This document shows positions 52,507-64,000 of a DNA stretch of 64,000 nucleotides, one piece after another. A model generated the notes under the pieces. The model saw only the letters and a list, made by a program, of their open reading frames with translations. It was not told where the DNA came from and did no database searches. This stretch comes from Mobula hypostoma (Eukaryota): positions 29,204,001 to 29,268,000 of the forward strand of contig NC_086109.1 of NCBI RefSeq assembly GCF_963921235.1, in the 5' to 3' direction. Each line of letters starts with the position of its first letter. Position 1 is the first letter of the stretch. Position numbers and translations under genes: made by a program.

Positions 52507-53132
52507 TATCCAGAAAGTGGGTAAGACAGCTGAGATTCTTCAGAGCTAAAGGTAGGTCAGAGATGGAAATGAGGAGGAGGTGGCCAATAGTGAACATTTG
52601 GAACTGGATGAATCATTTAATCAAGATATGTTAAAAGCGGCGATGACTGCATTTGTGCCCAAAGTTCAAAGTAAATTTAGTATCAAGGTACATATATGTC
52701 ACCATATACAACCCTGAGATTTGTTTTCTTATGGGCATACTCAGTAGATCAAAGAATCATACTAGAATCAATGGAAGACCACACCCAACAAGATGGACAA
52801 ACAGCCAATGGGCAAAAGACAACAGTCTATGCAAATACATAGGAAAAAGAGAAATAATGATAATAAATAATCAAGCAATAAATACTGAGAACATAAGACG
52901 AAGAGTCCTTGAAAGTGAGTTCATTGTGAACGAATTTCATGCAGATTATAGCAGATTGGTTCTAACTGAGCACACTTTGGATTGAATATCCTTCACAGCC
53001 TGTTGAATAGAAGTTAATTTCAATTTGTTTGCAAGTAATTGTAAAAATAACAGTTGGCTAAGAAAGGGAAAATTATCTGCAAAATTAATTAGATATATAA
53101 ACAGCATTTTTTTTCTGATTCCCTAATGTAAG

Positions 53133-53319
53133 GTTTTGTCATACAAAGAATTCTAGAAAAATATGTGCTGACAGTTGTATATATAGTTCAATATGAAGCA
53201 AGTCCTTCAATTTTCCCGTAAGTGGGTTGGGTTGTTTTTGTTCACAGTATATTGCAAAACTAATGCCACAATCAGTATAAAACCATTTCCTCTTCTCTGC
53301 TGCTTCTTCAATTTCCCTC
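53133..53319. other. ambiguous exon-like region: + 53133-53217 (FVIQRILEKYVLTVVYIVQYEASPSIF) or - 53145-53319 (REIEEAAEKRKWFYTD...)
   Basis: +: T-rich tract..TAAG acceptor and CC|GTAAGT donor; -: CCTTTAG acceptor, 58 open codons, weak GTATGA donor. Confidence 0.2.
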
Positions 53320-54039
53320 CTAAAGGTCACTTAAAGTGATCACTGGATGTTGCTATATTTTTAATGACCTCTATATAACAAAAGTGCTGCTTGTTGTAAG
53401 AGTGTAGATACGAAAGAAAGAAGCTGCAATTATATTGCACCTTTCACATTTTCCTGTCAAAGGGGAATAAAAAGAAACAACATTATTGAACTGCTTTTGA
53501 AATAGTCATTGCTTATTTCATAGTGACCATTATAATGCAGGGAACATTCATCAAAACAGCTCCAATGTGATAAATGGCCACTAGTGACAATACTAACTGC
53601 CTCTCACTGCTGAGAGTCATTAAGTTCATTGACTGCTATAATGCCTGGATTAGCCAACAATGTGCTTCTACTCTCACTGAAGAAAATACTGAACATCTCC
53701 TGACATTGAGGAAGGCTCCAGTCAAAATTACAGCTGTGAAGGGTCATTATATTAAAAGCAATCACAGTTGATTTGAAATCACGATTACAAATCTGAGCAG
53801 CTTTCTACATAGAAGCGTTATGTGGAATATTATGTTGCCAATTTGCCATTCAGTGTAAGTGACATGAAATTAGAAGCACAATACTAAAGATCCATAACAA
53901 TCTGGAGGAGGCATCCTATCTGCTTTAAAATGATTCTGTCTAACTATGCTTCGAACCATAGGAGTTGTTTGAGATCATAAATCAATAATTCTTGGTCTGT
54001 GTTTACAATGAAGAAGGACATAGGAGTTCAGGAAAATGG

Positions 54040-55590
54040 ACAGTAGCATCCTGAAGCATGTCAAGGTTATGAAGGAGGAAGTGCTGACTGTCTTGAAGCA
54101 CATAAACATGGATAAGTCCCTAGGGCCTGACCAGGTGTATCAAAGGACATTGTGTTAAGTGAAGGTGGGTGGGGGGGGGGCAGAATTTCTGGAGCTGTGG
54201 TGGGGATTTCTGTATTGCCATTAGCCATGGATGAGATACCGGAAGAATGGAGGATGGTGAATGTTGTGTCTTTATGTAATAAGGACTGGAAGGACAAGTC
54301 AGGAAACTACAGGCTAGTGAGTCTTACTTCTGTGCTGAGAAAGTTACTGGAAGGGATCCTGAGGGATAGGAAGTCCAAAAATGCAAGGTCTGAAGTGATA
54401 GTCAGTTTGACTTTGTCCATGGAAAATTATGTCTCAGCACAGTAGATAATGTGTACGTGGAATTAAGCAAGGCCTTTAACAAAATCCTGCATTGTAGGCT
54501 GATCCAGAACATTAGAATATATGGGATCCAGGGTGAAGTAGCAAACTGGATACAATATAGGTTGGTTGCATGCAGGTAGAGCCATTAGCGAAGGGTTGCT
54601 TTTCAGATTAAAGACCTGACAAACACCATGGAGTGTTAATGGACAGTGAGACCTTGGGGTATAAGTACAAACTGTAGTTCCCCAGACAGTGATGACACAG
54701 GCAGACAGAGTGGTGATGAAGGTGAATGATATACTTGATTTAATTGGCTGAGGTATTGAGTATTGGAGTTGGATGTTGAGAAGATCATTGGTCAAGCCAG
54801 ATTTGGAGAGTTGTGTTCTGTTCTGGTCTGGTCACCATACTATAGAAAGTTTAGCTTTATTTATCACATGCACATTTAAATATTGGAATATACAGTGAAA
54901 TATGTTCTTTGCGTCAACAATCAACACAGTCCGCAAGTGCACTATGTTTCTGGTGCCAATATTGCATACTCAAAACATACTATCACGAACAGATATATGT
55001 CTTTGGAATGTGGGTGTCACACAGACACAGGGAGATGGTAGAACCTCCTACCAAACAGCAGTGGGAATTGAACCCCAGTTGTTGATGACTTGAACTGTAA
55101 TAGTGTTATAGATAAGCTCTTCGCTACCGTACCACCAGATGTGATTAAGATAGAGAGGGCACAGATGAGATTCACAAAAATGTTGCCTAGACGAGAGGGC
55201 TTAAACTATGAGGAGAGATTAGATAGGGTGGGAGTGTCTTCCCTGTACCAAAGGAGGCTGAGTGGTGACCTTACAGAGGTTTATAAAACTATGAGGAACA
55301 TTGATAAGGTAGACAGTTATGGTCTTTTTCCCAGGATAAGGGAGTCTAAAACTAGAAGACACTGTTTTAAGGTGAGAGGGGGAATATTTCAGAGGGGTAA
55401 GATTTTCCACAGGGAGGGTGGTGTGTATAAAATGAGCTGCCAGATGAACTGGTGGAAGAAATACAATTACAATGTTTGGACAGGTACATGGACAGGAAAG
55501 GTTAAAGGACTATGGGTCAAACACAGGCAAATAGTATTTGCATCTTGGTCAGCATGGACAATTTAGGCAAAGGGGCCTCTTTCCATGCAG
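54040..55590 (+). mobile_element. decayed CR1 RT fragment with a SINE insert (~54850-55135, -)
   Basis: IPEEWRMVNVV, GNYRLVSLTSV, IERAQMRFTKMLP, RLSGDLTEVYK. Confidence 0.85.
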
Positions 55591-56436
55591 TACTACTTGA
55601 AAATTACCAATTAACATTTTACTTACATGAATAATGGCAATGCTATTCTTCCTTAATGAGTAAATCTAAAAAAAACAGGTTCAGCACACAGCATCTAATT
55701 AATATGTAAATACATTAACATCCTTTCACTGAATGAAGGAATCATTACAAAATCTATAAAAGCATAACCTCCATGTGACTGGAGTACTGACAGTCCCCGG
55801 TTGACATCTGCGCGGAGACCACATCATGGAACTAGTCACACACTGCTTGCCCTTAACTGTGTGGTCTCAAATGGATTGGGGAAATTCCTTCAGAGAATTT
55901 GTGCAACCTCCTGGGCAGCCTTTAAACCAAAAGTGGGGCTCCTTTAATTGACCCGTACAATTTATTGGACCTGAGGGGAGGGTCTCTGCATGTGTGCATG
56001 AATACACAGCTCTCTTCAGGCGAACAGATTCAATTTGCAGCCACAGTATAAATAAGATGCTGCCAGACACAAATCAATAATGTAATTAACCATCTGAGAT
56101 CGGAAGTACAGTGCCACTACAGACTAAAATTGCTTTTGATTAGTAGAAGTGTTCAGTGTTTTTTGTACAAATGAGCAGGGATACCAAAGTGTCCAAAGGA
56201 TCTTAGAATCACCTGCTTCCTTGGCAACTGGATGCACTGACCATTGTCCCCAAGTGGTCAGGGTGTTGTCAGGTTAACCACACTCATCAAGGTCAACTAG
56301 CCCAATCATTTCAACCCTTCGTGCTGTTGCAAGCTGGTCTTGACAGATTTGGAGAACTGCCAACAAGAAGGAACTCATAAGTGTTTAATCACATTTGGGA
56401 TCAAAATAGAGCAGAATACACAATACACTACTTGGG

Positions 56437-56457
56437 ACACACACACAGACACACACA

Positions 56458-56508
<51 letters not shown>
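56437..56508. repeat. (CA)n microsatellite
   Basis: Seen directly. Confidence 0.98.
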
Positions 56509-56511
<3 letters not shown>

Positions 56512-57309
56512 GGTGCTGCGGCAAATGCATCTTTTTATTGCCTGCAGCTCATTGGTAAATTTAACAAAAATTGTTTGCTTTGTTAACAGGCCAAGAAGGA
56601 TTATGTTCCAACGAAAATAACTAGTAACTGCCACAGGATGCTTTCTATTTCCAAGACCTTTCTTGCCTGATCATAATATGGAGATCATCATAAAAGCCCA
56701 CTGAAATGTTACTTTGCAAAAATCATTTAATGTTAGCATATAAATCATTTTCCTCTTACATTGCTCAATCACACCTTTCTTCAGTTGGAATGCCAAAAGC
56801 TGGGCTTCATCTTGCAAAATTTGAATGACTTTTTTTTACTGACTAATGCCCTAAGGATGATTTCTTTTCATCTGACAGATTTAGGTGAGGAAAGATAGGA
56901 GAAAGTTAATAGAGCATGAATGGACTGGTTGGCTCTATTGCCCTTTTGCTGAGCTGTTTATCCAGTTTAATCTGTAGATTGTTCAGCAAATTTGTTTCTG
57001 CACTTCATTGAGGAGAAATTGTTGAATTGTGCCTTAATATCTGAAATACAAAGCCACACCTTGGTCAACTGAATTAAATGAAAATGAGCTTCTATAACTA
57101 TGTAGCTCTCTTTTAATACTGCATGAAAAGGAAGCCTGGATTATATGCCTGAATTCTGGTGTTTTAAACCTGAAACCATAACAAGGGAGACAGAAGAGAC
57201 TGCAGATACTGGAATCTGGAGGAACAAACAATGTACAGGAGGATATAAACAAGTCAAGCAGCAACTATGAGAGGAGAGAAATTTTCTTCAAGATTCAAGA
57301 AAAATCTTA

Positions 57310-57825
57310 CAAAAGGTAATGGATTCAGGCCAGCACATCAGAGGAAAGCTCTCCCAACCATTGAACACACCTACATGAAATGCTATCATAGCAAAGCAGC
57401 ATCCGTCATCAGAGATCCCCACCACCCAGTTCATTCACTTTTCTCGCTTCCGCCCTAAGATAGAAGGTGCAAGTGTCTCGGGACTTGCACCACCAGGTTC
57501 AAGAACAGTTGCTACCCCACAATTATCAGGTTATTAAACAAAAGGGGATAACTACACTTACTTGACCATCCTTTGAGATGTTGCCACAACTAATGATTTC
57601 ACTTAAAGATCTTTGTTATCTCATGTTCTCGTTATTTATGGCTATTCATTTATATTTGCATTTGCGCAGTTCGATGTCTTCTGCACTCAGGTTGATCTTT
57701 TATTGATCATATTATAGTTGCTATTCTATAGATTTGCTGAGTATGCCCGCAGGAAAATGAACTCAGGGTTGTATATGATGACATATATGTACTTTGATAA
57801 TAAAATTTACTTCGAACTTTGAACA
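57310..57825 (+). mobile_element. Rex1/Babar-type LINE 3' fragment
   Basis: KAASVIRDPHHPVHSLFSL; actttgataataaa tail. Confidence 0.8.
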
Positions 57826-58594
57826 TTGAAGATTCAAGACTGAAGTTTGTTTATCAAACTCTCCAGTACTCCTAACAAAACAGAAAATTCACAAATAGAA
57901 TTATAACAACTCTACACCTCAATTATCAGGAAAAATGTGAGAATGGAAGAGAAACCTTAAATTTAACAATGAGATATTTTGATGTGTTCCCATCACAGGT
58001 ATTACAATATTGAATCAGATGGATGTTTTTTTTTTAATGACAATTCAGTAATTTCATCTTCATTACTAACTGCAGAATTTTCACTTCCAGATACATTCAA
58101 GTAACTTTCTTAAATTCTACAACAGCCACAGTGAGATCTGAACTCATTCTTTCCAGTCAATAGTCTAAGCCACTGGATGGGCATGACCACACTAGCATTC
58201 TCAATGTAATATAAGAGTTTCTGCAGCTATTTGCCTCCATCAAGTTAAGAAACGTATATACTCCTGCTTTTGTTATTCCATTTCTGCATCTTATTGTTCT
58301 AGATCAATTATCAGCTTTGTAAAGCTGTTTTCAGCAGAAGTAATTCTGGTCTAAAAATCAGCTCTGGAAGTGGAGGGGAAGAATGTGACACAGGGGCAGA
58401 AAATTAATGGATGAAAATATTCATTAAATGAACAAAAACAAAATTTGTGCTTATTATTCACAATTGCTTCCTTCAGCCAAGCATCCACTTTAGGCAGAAG
58501 CAAAGTGGAAAATGCTGGGTGAACAAGGCAGGTCAATCAGCAGCTGTTGAAAGAAAGTGATGGTTTAATACTTTAGACAATACCCGTCTCAACG

Positions 58595-58900
58595 AGAATC
58601 AGGTTTATTATCACTGACTTACATATCTTGAAATTCTGTTTTTTTTGTGGCAGCAGGTCACAAAAATTACAAATTATAAATTACAAAATAAATAAGGGAC
58701 ACCGAAGTGCTGTTCATGAGTTCACAGACCATTTAGAAACCTGATGGTGGAGGGGAAGAATCTGCTCCTAAATCGTTCACTGAAAGTCATCAGGCTATGA
58801 GTAATTTGTCCCTGATGGTAGTAATGAGAAGAGGGCATGTCAAAAATGGCAAGGGTCCTAAGTAATTGATGCCACTTTCTTGAGGCACTATCATTTGAAG
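58595..58900 (-). mobile_element. Rex1/Babar-type LINE 3' fragment
   Basis: agaatcaggtttattatcac tail; RFRSRFFPSTIRFLNG. Confidence 0.75.
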
Positions 58901-59224
58901 ATACCAAAGCTTCACTTTTGAAATATTTCCAAAACTTTCCTCCTTTTTCTTTTATTTCTAGCTGCCCTGTTATACCGGTCACTTTAAACTCTTGATGTGG
59001 GTGATATTCCAATACTTATGGATGCTTTTAACATGTCTTTTGCAACGTGGATTCTTTCCATCAAAATATACATTGGCCACCATCTTTAGATTTGACAACA
59101 CCAAAAAAAAAATCAATCACCATATATGCTTTTTTAATCCTTACATAGATTCTGGGTTCTTTCAGACTTCCTAGTCCTACCCCTTTTGCCATTTTCTGAT
59201 TGTCACAGGACTTAATCTGGGATG

Positions 59225-59560
59225 TTAGGGAGGATTTCCTCAATGGAAAATGCCTGTGCATGACTTTTTTAACGTGGGGAGGCTGATACATGGGCAGCCA
59301 CCATAAATCCTTGACAGATCGGGGTCAGGATCCAGTTGTATGGAATGCAAGATGACTGGGGACCCTTCACTGCCGCAGCCTTCCCCTGCTTTCACTGCCA
59401 TTGTGATGTGTCATCATCTCCTGCCAACTCCAACATTAAGGTGTTGGTTAGATTGGTTCTTGTCTGGAGCCTTCCCCTTGACCTTACCATCATGGGTAAC
59501 CCTACCCAAATGGCCAAAATCTAAATGGCATCGCCCTTGGAATCTCAGAAACTCATTAGC
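59225..59560 (-). mobile_element. probable RTE 5' UTR-like repeat
   Basis: gcctgtgcatgacttttttaacgtggggagg...gcagccacca motif; family assignment from recall. Confidence 0.4.
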
Positions 59561-59854
59561 ACCTTCACCAATTTATAGCAATCTTTGGCCAGCGATCAAT
59601 GAAACTGAAGAAGGAGCTTTCAGGATGACGATAAAGACCTTGGATGTCTCCACCAAGAATTAAGCAAAAAACAGCAGGGAAAGGACATTAGTTTCCAAAC
59701 TGCACACCCACTCATCTCATCAAACTTTGTCCCTTCTGTGAAAGGGTCTGCTGATTCCACATAGACCTTTTCAGACAGTTTAGAAACGAAAGTAGCAAGC
59801 CATCCTAGACATGAGGGTCTGGATCAGAGAAAGAAGGTGATGCTGCCTGCTCTG

Positions 59855-60137
59855 CAAACACAAGAAAATCTGCAGATGCTGGAAATCCAAGCAACTCACA
59901 CAAAATGCTCAAGGAACTCAGCAGGCCAGGCAGCATCTGTGAAAAAAGAGTAAACAGTTGACGTTTCAGGCCGAGACCCTTCAAAGGGACTGAGAAGGAG
60001 GGGTGGAGTAGGGAAGAAGCCAGAATAAGAAGATGGGGAAGGAGACTCACTATTATAGCCATGTGTCCGCCTATCACCTCCCAGCTTCTTTCCATAGATG
60101 CTACCTGGCCTGCTGATCTCCAGCATTTTGTGTGTGA
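59855..60137. mobile_element. Penelope pLTR with inverted partial copy
   Basis: Hammerhead with mutated core on - at 59955-59992; inverted tagatgctacctggcctgctga..gcattttgtgtg at ~60095-60137. Confidence 0.8.
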
Positions 60138-60175
60138 TACTATCAACGCACATTTGTGCTCCCTCTAATTCTTAC

Positions 60176-60207
<32 letters not shown>
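60176..60207. repeat. (TTA)n microsatellite
   Basis: Seen directly. Confidence 0.95.
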
Positions 60208-60209
<2 letters not shown>

Positions 60210-61006
60210 TGTTGCATGGCAAGATGGTTGAGTTACTAAGCTGGCAAATCTGAATTTGAGTCAAATGATATTTGTTCCATTTCAACCAGCAGAACTGGAG
60301 AATTTAAATTCAAAGAACATCTCTGGAACAAAATGCATATGTCAATAATAGTGGCCAAGAAATTTATAATTTTCATAAAGCATCATTTAGTTTAGTTACC
60401 CTGGATTTACAGCAGAATCTCTTGTATTATTGAGTTTAGTCATTGGCTTCAGGAAAGGAGATTTCTATCATTATCTGTTGTGGTCTGTAGTTGGTTTAAT
60501 TGCCCGCTGAAATGGGCCAGAAAGTGATTCAGTTCAATGGCAAGTTCCCAATGACCATTCAGATCATCCACAAAAATGCTTCAGAGAGGTCCTCCAATCC
60601 TCCTCTCTAATCTGATTATAGGCCACCAGCAAGCCTCAATGCCCCAAACCCAGCCGCCAAGACAAGGGAGTAGAATAACAGAGGCCAGAGGTTTTGAGCC
60701 TCAATGTAACTGTGGGTTGCTGTCAGATCAGCATGGACTGAAATCATGACAGGCACCCTAACTCTCCACCCATCTAATGTAGCCTCATGTATTTTAGAAT
60801 TTCTACACGATGTTTTCTCCATTTGCCTATACGTTACTCAAACTGCAATGTATTTTCCATAAAATTCTGTATCTCTTTAAGGAATTGCCACTATATTTGA
60901 AAACACTGAAACATTATGAAATGGTGAAGAATTACGAACAAGAGGCAGAAAATATGTACCTTACGCAAGATGTTAGTTGCAGCAATTACAGAGACTTGGA
61001 TGTCTC

Positions 61007-63786
61007 AGGAGCAGGAATGGCTGCTGAGTGTGTCAGGCTTTAGTTCTTTCAAAAAGAACAGAAAGGGAGGCTAAAGAGGTGAGGACGTAGCATTGCTAAT
61101 TAGGGGTAGTGTCACGGCTGCAGAAAAGGAGGAAGTCATGGAGAGATTGTCCACTGAGTCAGTATGGGTGGAAATCAGAAACAAGAAAGGGGCAATAACT
61201 CTACCAGGTGTTTTTTACAGACCCCCAGTAGTAACAGGGAGATCAAGGAGCAGATAGGGAGGCAAATCCTGGAACGGTGCAATAATAATAGGGTTGTTGT
61301 GATGGGTGATTTTAAATTTCCTAATATTGATTGACATCTCCTTAGAGCAAGGGGTTTGGATGGGGTAGAGTTTGTTAGGTGTGTTCAGGAAAGTTTTCTG
61401 AAGCAATATGTAGATAAGCCAACTTGAGGGGAGGCTGTAATTGAACCAGTATTGGGAAGTGAACCTGGCCAGGTGTCAGATCTCTCGGTGGGAGAGCATT
61501 TTGGAGGTAGTGACCACAACGCTATCTCCTTCACCATAGCGCTGGAGAAGAGTAGGAGCAGAGAATTTGGGAAAACATTTAGTTGGGGTAGGGAGAAATA
61601 TGATGCTATTAGGCAGGAACTTGGGAGCATAAATTGAGAGCAGATGTTCTCAGGAAAATGCACAGCAGAAATGTGGCAGATGTTCAGAGAACATTTGCAT
61701 GGAGTTCTGCATAGGTATGTTTCATTAAGGCAGGGAAAGGATGGTCGAGTTAAAGAACCATGATGTACTAAGTATGTAGAAAATCTAGTTAAGAAGAAAA
61801 TAAAAGCTTACGAAAGGTTTAAGAAACTAGGTACTGTTAGAACTCTAGAAAATCACATGGTTGCTAGGAAGGAGCTTAAGAATAGAATTAGGAGAGCCAG
61901 AAGGAGCCATGAGAAGGCCTTGGTGAGCAGGATTAAGGAAAACTTCAAGGCATTTTATAAGTATGTGAAGGGCAAGAGGATGAGCCATGTGAGAATAGGA
62001 CCAATCAGGTGTGATAGTGGAAACGTTTGCTTGGAGTCAGAGGAGGTATTGGAGGTACTTAATGAATACTTTGCTTCAGTATTCACCAGGGAAAAAGATC
62101 TTGGCAATTGTGACTTACAACGGACTGAAATGCTTGAGCATATAGACATTAAAAAGGAGGATGTGCTGGAGCTTTTGAAAAGCATCAAGTTAGATAAGTT
62201 ACCAGGAGCGGATGAGGTATACCCCAGGCTACTGTGGGAAGTGAGAGAGGAGATTGCTGAGCCTCTGGTGATGATCTTTACGTCATTAATATGGATGGGA
62301 GAAGTACCGGAGGATTGGAGGGTGGCGAATGTTGTTCCTTTGTTCAAGAAAGGGAGTAGAGATAACCCAGTAAATAATAGACCAGCAAGTATGACTTCAG
62401 TGGTGGGCAAGTTGTTGGAGCAGATCCTGAGAGGCAGGATTAATGAGCATTTGGAGAGACATAATCTGATTAGGGATACTCAGCATGGCTTTGTCAAGGG
62501 CAGGTCATGTCTTATGAGCCTGATTGAATTCTTTGAGGAAGTAACAAAGCACATTGATGAAGGTAGAGCAGTGGATGTAGTGTATATGGATTTCAGTAAG
62601 GCATTTCATAAGGTTCCTCGTACAAAACTCCTTCAAAAGTAGGGAAGCATAGGATCCAAGGAGACCTTGCTTTCTGGATCCAAAATTGGCTTGCCCACAG
62701 AAGGCAAAAGGTGTTTGTAGATGGTTCATATTGTGCATGGCGGTTGGTGACTAGTGGTGTTTCATAGAGATCTGTTCTGGGACCCCTCCTGTTTGTGATT
62801 TCTATAAATGACCTGGACGAAGAAGTAGAAGGATGGGTTAGTAAGTTTGCTGATGACACAAAGCTTGGGGGTGTTGTGGATAGTCTGAAGGATTGTCAGA
62901 GGTTACAGCAGAACATCGATAGGATGCAGAACTGGGTTGAGAAGTAGCAGATGGACTTCAACCCAGATAAGTGTGAAGTGGTTCATTTTGGTAGGTCCAA
63001 TTTGAGGACAGAATATAATATAAATGGTAAGACTTTAGGTAGTGTGGATGATCTGAGAGTTCTTGGGGTCCGTGTCGATAGGATACTCAAAGCAAGTTGA
63101 CAGTATTGTTAAGAAGGCATATCGTGTGTTAGCATTCATCAACCATGGGATTGAGTTCAAGAGCCGTGAGGTACTGTTACAGCTATATAAGATCTTTGTC
63201 AGACCCCACTTGGTCACCTCACTACAGGAAGGATGTGGATACTATAGGGAGAGTGCAGAGGAGATTTACAAGGATGTGGCCTGGATTGGAGATAGATAGA
63301 TAGATAGATAGATAGATATACTTTATTATTCCCGAGGGAAATTTGGTTTTGTACCTTATGAGAATAGACTGAGCGTAGTTGGCCTTTTCCCCTTGGAGCG
63401 ATGAAGGATGAGAGGTGACCTGATAGAGGTGCAGAAGATGAAGGGCATTGATTATGTGGATAGCCAAAGGCTTTTCCCCAGGGCTGGAATGGCTAACATG
63501 AGGGGGCATTGTTTTAAGGTGCTTGGAAATAGATACTGAGGGGATGTGAGGGATAAGTTTTTGACAGAGAGAATGGTGGGTGTGCGGACTGCACTGTCAG
63601 CGGTGGTGGTGTAAGTAGATACAATAGGGTCTTTTAAGAGTCTCTTGGATAGGTACATGGAGCTTAGAAAAATAGAGGGTTATGCATTAGGGAAATTCTA
63701 GGCAGTCTCTAGAGTAGGTTACATGGTCGACACAACATTGTGGGCCAAAGGGCCTGTAATATGCTGTAAGTTTCTATGTTCTATGA
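61007..63786 (+). mobile_element. CR1 LINE ORF2, nearly complete but with stops and frameshifts
   Basis: VMGDF, GGSDHN endonuclease motifs; ORF 61857-62642 (PEDWRVANVVPLFKKG, QHGFVKGRSC, YMDFSKAF); FADD at ~62846; (ttctatgt) tail. Confidence 0.95.
63291..63352 (-). repeat. (GATA)n microsatellite forming the tail of a tiny LINE 3' insert within CR1
   Basis: (gata)n followed by ctttattattcccgagggaaatt, like the tails at 29600 and 52360. Confidence 0.75.
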
Positions 63787-64000
63787 TAGGGGCCAAATGC
63801 AGGCAAATGGGCTCCTTGGTCAGTGTGGATCAGTTGTTCCAAAGGGCCCGCTTCCATGCATCATGACCAATGTGGCTCATTTGGGGACCTGACTACATGT
63901 ACTGCTGTAAGATATACCTGAAATTTTTTAAAACTTCTTTTTATTAAATATTTTTTTTCTGATTTTCTTCTACCTCACCTCTCTGGTTCTAAAGACAGTG

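Noticed and set aside
56340..56634. HT/CV-repeat ORFs
   Set aside because: Translations of a (CA)n microsatellite.
2389..60137. Recurrent ~40-nt motif as a CRISPR-like repeat
   Set aside because: Copies are dispersed, in both orientations, without regular spacers, in eukaryotic DNA; explained by Penelope pLTRs.
61857..62642. 261-aa ORF as a host gene or novel RT system
   Set aside because: It is a segment of CR1 ORF2, bounded by stops and frameshifts.

Overview
Eukaryotic, AT-rich, repeat-dense DNA that is intronic or intergenic. The repeat landscape (CR1, Rex1/Babar-type LINEs, Penelope-like elements, RTE relics, V-domain tRNA SINEs, Tc1-like MITEs) suggests a cartilaginous fish, probably a ray; this is inference. 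No intact host gene is identifiable. The longer ORFs are decayed retrotransposon ORF2 fragments or their antisense shadows, and only a few weak exon candidates remain. Main observations: (1) many short Penelope pLTR-derived inserts carry a minimal hammerhead-ribozyme motif; several have target-site duplications (TSDs) and share a breakpoint; (2) a strand-specific A>G hypermutated patch (~15.5-16.0 kb) spans two unrelated elements and a hairpin, resembling ADAR editing fixed in DNA or an assembly artefact; (3) several clean nested insertions; (4) a decayed tRNA-Val copy. Repeat boundaries were read by eye and are approximate unless a TSD is given. I found no evidence of a novel multi-gene system.
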